Positions 60,975 to 64,000 of a stretch of DNA of 64,000 nt are shown in pieces (position 1 is the first letter of the stretch; the number at the start of each line of letters is the position of its first letter). The stretch is from Callorhinchus milii (Eukaryota), in assembly GCF_018977255.1 (NCBI RefSeq), contig NW_024704749.1:8308001-8372000 (forward strand), written 5' to 3'. The translations under genes were made by a program, and so were the position numbers. The notes under the pieces were generated by a model. It was given only the letters and a program-made list of their open reading frames with translations. It was not told the origin of the DNA and searched no databases.

Positions 60975-61565
60975 TGTGTGTGGGGGGGGGGGGGGTCTGT
61001 GTGTGTGTGTAGAGGGGGGTCCTGTGTGTGTGTTTGTAGAGGGGGGGTCTTGTGTGTGTGTGTAGAGGGGGTGGGGGGGTCCTGTGTGTGTGTGTAGAGG
61101 GGGTCTTTGTGTGTGTAGAGGGGGTGGAGGTGGGGGGTCCTGTGTGTGTGTGTAGAGGGGGTCCTGTGTGTGTGTGTAGAGGGGGTGGGGGTGGGGGTTC
61201 CTGTGTGTGTGTGTAGAGGGGGTGGGGGTGGGGTTCCTGTGTGTGTGTGTAGAGGGGGTGGGGGGTCCTGTGTGTGTGTGTAGAGGGGGTGGGGTGGGGG
61301 TCCTGTGTGTGTGTGTAGAGGGGGTGGAGGTGGGGGTCCTGTGTGTGTGTGTAGAGGGGGTGGGGGGGGGTCCTGTGTGTGTGTGTAGAGGGGGTGGGGG
61401 TGGGGGTCCTGTGTGTGTGTGGAGAGGGTTGGGGGGTCCTGTGTGTGTGTAGAGGGGTGGGGGGGGTCCTGTGTGTGTGTGTAGAGGGGGTGGGGGGGTC
61501 CTGTATGTGTGTAGAGGGGTGGGGTGGGGGTCCTGTGTGTGTGTGTAGAGGGGGTGGGGGGGGGT
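60975..61565. repeat. Minisatellite (TG)nTAGAGGGGGTGGGGGGTCC in SCARB1 intron 1
   Basis: Visible units of about 22-34 bp, starting about 100 nt after the donor. Confidence 0.93.
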
Positions 61566-61959
61566 GGTGCTGCTCCGCTGATCTGGTGCTGGTGCTGTAC
61601 AATCCGCTTTGGGCCGCAGGTGAGTGGACATCTGAATCCCAGTGAAGTTTCCTGTGTGGAAGCTGCTGCGAGTTTTCCTGTGGATTAGAATCTCTCCTTC
61701 GTTTTGCGTCTCGTAAAACTGCTGAGTGAGCTCAGCAAAAGGCTCACTTCCTGATGAGCAGACTTTATTTGAAACACTTGTTTGTTTGTTTGTTTGTTTG
61801 TTTGTTGTTGTTGTTGTCGCTGTTTGGCCCAATTTTCATTTCATTTGAATTGTTTGATTAAATGTTAATGTGTAATTGTAGCCTGTAAATAACACCCCTC
61901 CCCACACACACACACACACCTTAGCTTCGCTTTTAGAACAAGATTAAGCTGCGGACCCT

Positions 61960-62100
61960 CTGTGCGCAATTGGCTGCCGCGTTTCGCCCGCAAGTATACG
62001 GTCAATTCACTTTACGGTATATTCTGTGAAGCGCTTTGAGACGTCTGGAAGACGTGAAAAGCGCTGTATCAAGTGGAAGGATTATTATTATTATTATTAT
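61960..62100 (+). mobile_element. SINE 3' fragment in SCARB1 intron 1
   Basis: tgtgcgcaattggctgccgcg...aggattattattatt. Confidence 0.85.
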
Positions 62101-64000
62101 CAAGCGGGGAAGTTTCTAACCAGAGCTGAGACATCTCATTCTCTCTGCCCATAAGCCTACGTAAGTACGCCCTTCATTAGCTTAGGGATGTGCCAGTAAT
62201 CCTTTGGGTGTGTCGCTGTCCTGCGATTGAATCCAAAGGAAGGGGTAAATGTCTCGTTCGTACAGAATCCCCCGCGCCCCCCACTAGCTTCCTATTCCAG
62301 CATTGAGCTGTTTTGTGTTGAGTTCCAGTGTCCTGACTCAAACCCACCATTTCTGGTAACCTGTTCCCATCAGTTGATTACATGTCAAGTGTGTGTCAAA
62401 AAAAATGCACCCCCCCCCCACCACCCTCCATGTCTGTCCTAAACTTGCCCTTCACATCCCCTGAGCCCATGCCCTCATGTCCTGGGTGTATTTGAGAGTA
62501 TTGTACTGGGTTTATTTTTTCAACCCTCGTCAGTACTTCATGCATTACTATAAGATCCCCTCTCTAGGTTGAAGCCCTAAAGTATCTGTCAGCACCTTCC
62601 TTTTCGGTCACGCCTTTAATTTTCCCATACTACCAACCCTCTTGACTCCAGCTCACTACTAAAGTACTTGCTCAGAAACATCATCATAAACTGCCGCCAG
62701 CTGAATGACAACCAACAACATCAGCTAAATAGGAGCAGGTTTTTTTCTTCATGAGACGTTCCTCCAGGGTCTGACTGTTTCATGTCAGGGCCAGTAGTGC
62801 AGTCATCAGTGATTTGATCAGAGCTTCTTTGTTCACTATCATGCTGTATCTATTGCTGTTATTAATCATTATACCCACACCATGGGTATTTGGCTCTGTG
62901 GAGCACTCTGACATGTAGAAGATTTATAGGATGATTTATCTTGTAGAACATGTGACTGTTTTGGGGGTGATGTTTCCCCTGCCCTCACCATTGGGATCCA
63001 TTGGCTCCACTATTCCAGCAGGTCAACTCCCAAGATCCTCAATTAAATCCCCTCAAATCTTTAAATCCCTTCACAGTCTCATTTCTGTGAAGTTGGAGTA
63101 TTGGGGGTGGAGGTGTATGGAGGAAAGGAGACCAGGGTTTAGCATTGAAGAGTTGGTCGCAGTGGCAAATGGAGGAATAGACTCCAGGTTTTGCTGTAAT
63201 ATATTGGGGATTAGAGAGTATCTATCTATGCAGCTTGTGGAGAGCATTGCTCTTAGTTGGCATTTGATATGGATTGAGGAAGTGGGAAAAGAATGTTTCA
63301 CGAGGGTTGATGGTTTGGCAATGAACTAGGAGATATGAAATCTAGGCTTCCGCTGAATTCTCTCCAAGCCAAGTAGGAAAACTTGTTCTGATTTATGAAA
63401 GAAACAGAAGTTCTTTTTTTCTCTTTAACTGGAACTTGTATAGAAGTTCTCCCCTGCATAAAGCTTCATACAATTACTATTCCCCCACCCACACCCCATG
63501 TGCTCTAATCTTCATTGATTCTCAGTATGAACGAGGATTGAGTTTAAGATCTTTGTTCTGATCACTACATCCCTCTATGGTCTTGCCCCTAACCTATTAT
63601 GGAATCTCTATATTTCACCCATCCTCTCTACTCTTCTGGCTCTGGATTTTGCTTGCTCCTCGCTCCATTTGCACCACCATTGGGGGACAAGCTTTCAGCC
63701 TTGGTTAACCCATCCTCAAACATTTCGGAGCCACTTTATAATAATAATAATAATAATCCTTGCATTTGATAAGTCTTCAAAGCGAATATATTGTAAAGTG
63801 GATTGACTGTGTATTTTGAGGGCGAAACTTTGAAGCTTCTGTCCATCCTAAAAACACACACCTTTGACACCTTTAAATCTCATATTTCCATGCTCGTTTT
63901 CCAGTGCCTTGATAGATTTTAATTGAAAGATGTGACATACGTGCAGTTTTCTTTTGAGTTATGAGATAAGAATTTCACAGTGCTCAAAGGTTCAAGGACC

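Noticed and set aside
60687-61832. 381-aa and 281-aa His/Thr/Pro-rich minus-strand ORFs
   Set aside because: Translation of the SCARB1 intron minisatellite.
62900-63420. Possible decayed L1/Tx1-like ORF2 on the minus strand, or SCARB1 exon 2
   Set aside because: No SCARB1 exon 2 peptide was found, and the LINE similarity is too weak to support without a search.

Overview
Vertebrate nuclear DNA with spliced genes and no prokaryotic features. It is probably from a cartilaginous fish, most likely a chimaera/holocephalan; this is inferred from the dominant tRNA-headed Deu-type SINEs and L2/CR1 debris. The window holds the block syntenic with human 12q24.31: AACS (minus, 18 coding exons, 671 aa), BRI3BP (minus, 3 exons, 245 aa), DHX37 (plus, 27 exons, 1157 aa), tRNA-Ala(TGC), polyubiquitin UBC (plus, 6 units + NC tail) and the first coding exon of SCARB1 (plus). 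I traced the exons by hand; all have GT-AG boundaries and consistent phases. The rest is SINE/LINE fragments, G/C-skewed minisatellites, microsatellites, four N-gaps and a few enhancer-like islands. I found no clearly new multi-gene system. The best leads are an 11-copy CCAAT-box tandem array at the DHX37/BRI3BP divergent promoter, a D52E unit and hidden (AB)3 periodicity in UBC, a CTCF-flanked syntenic tRNA, a fully in-frame last intron in AACS, minisatellites at the start of three first introns, and a SINE/L2 3' hairpin with a fixed stem and variable loop. Human comparisons are from memory and need checking.
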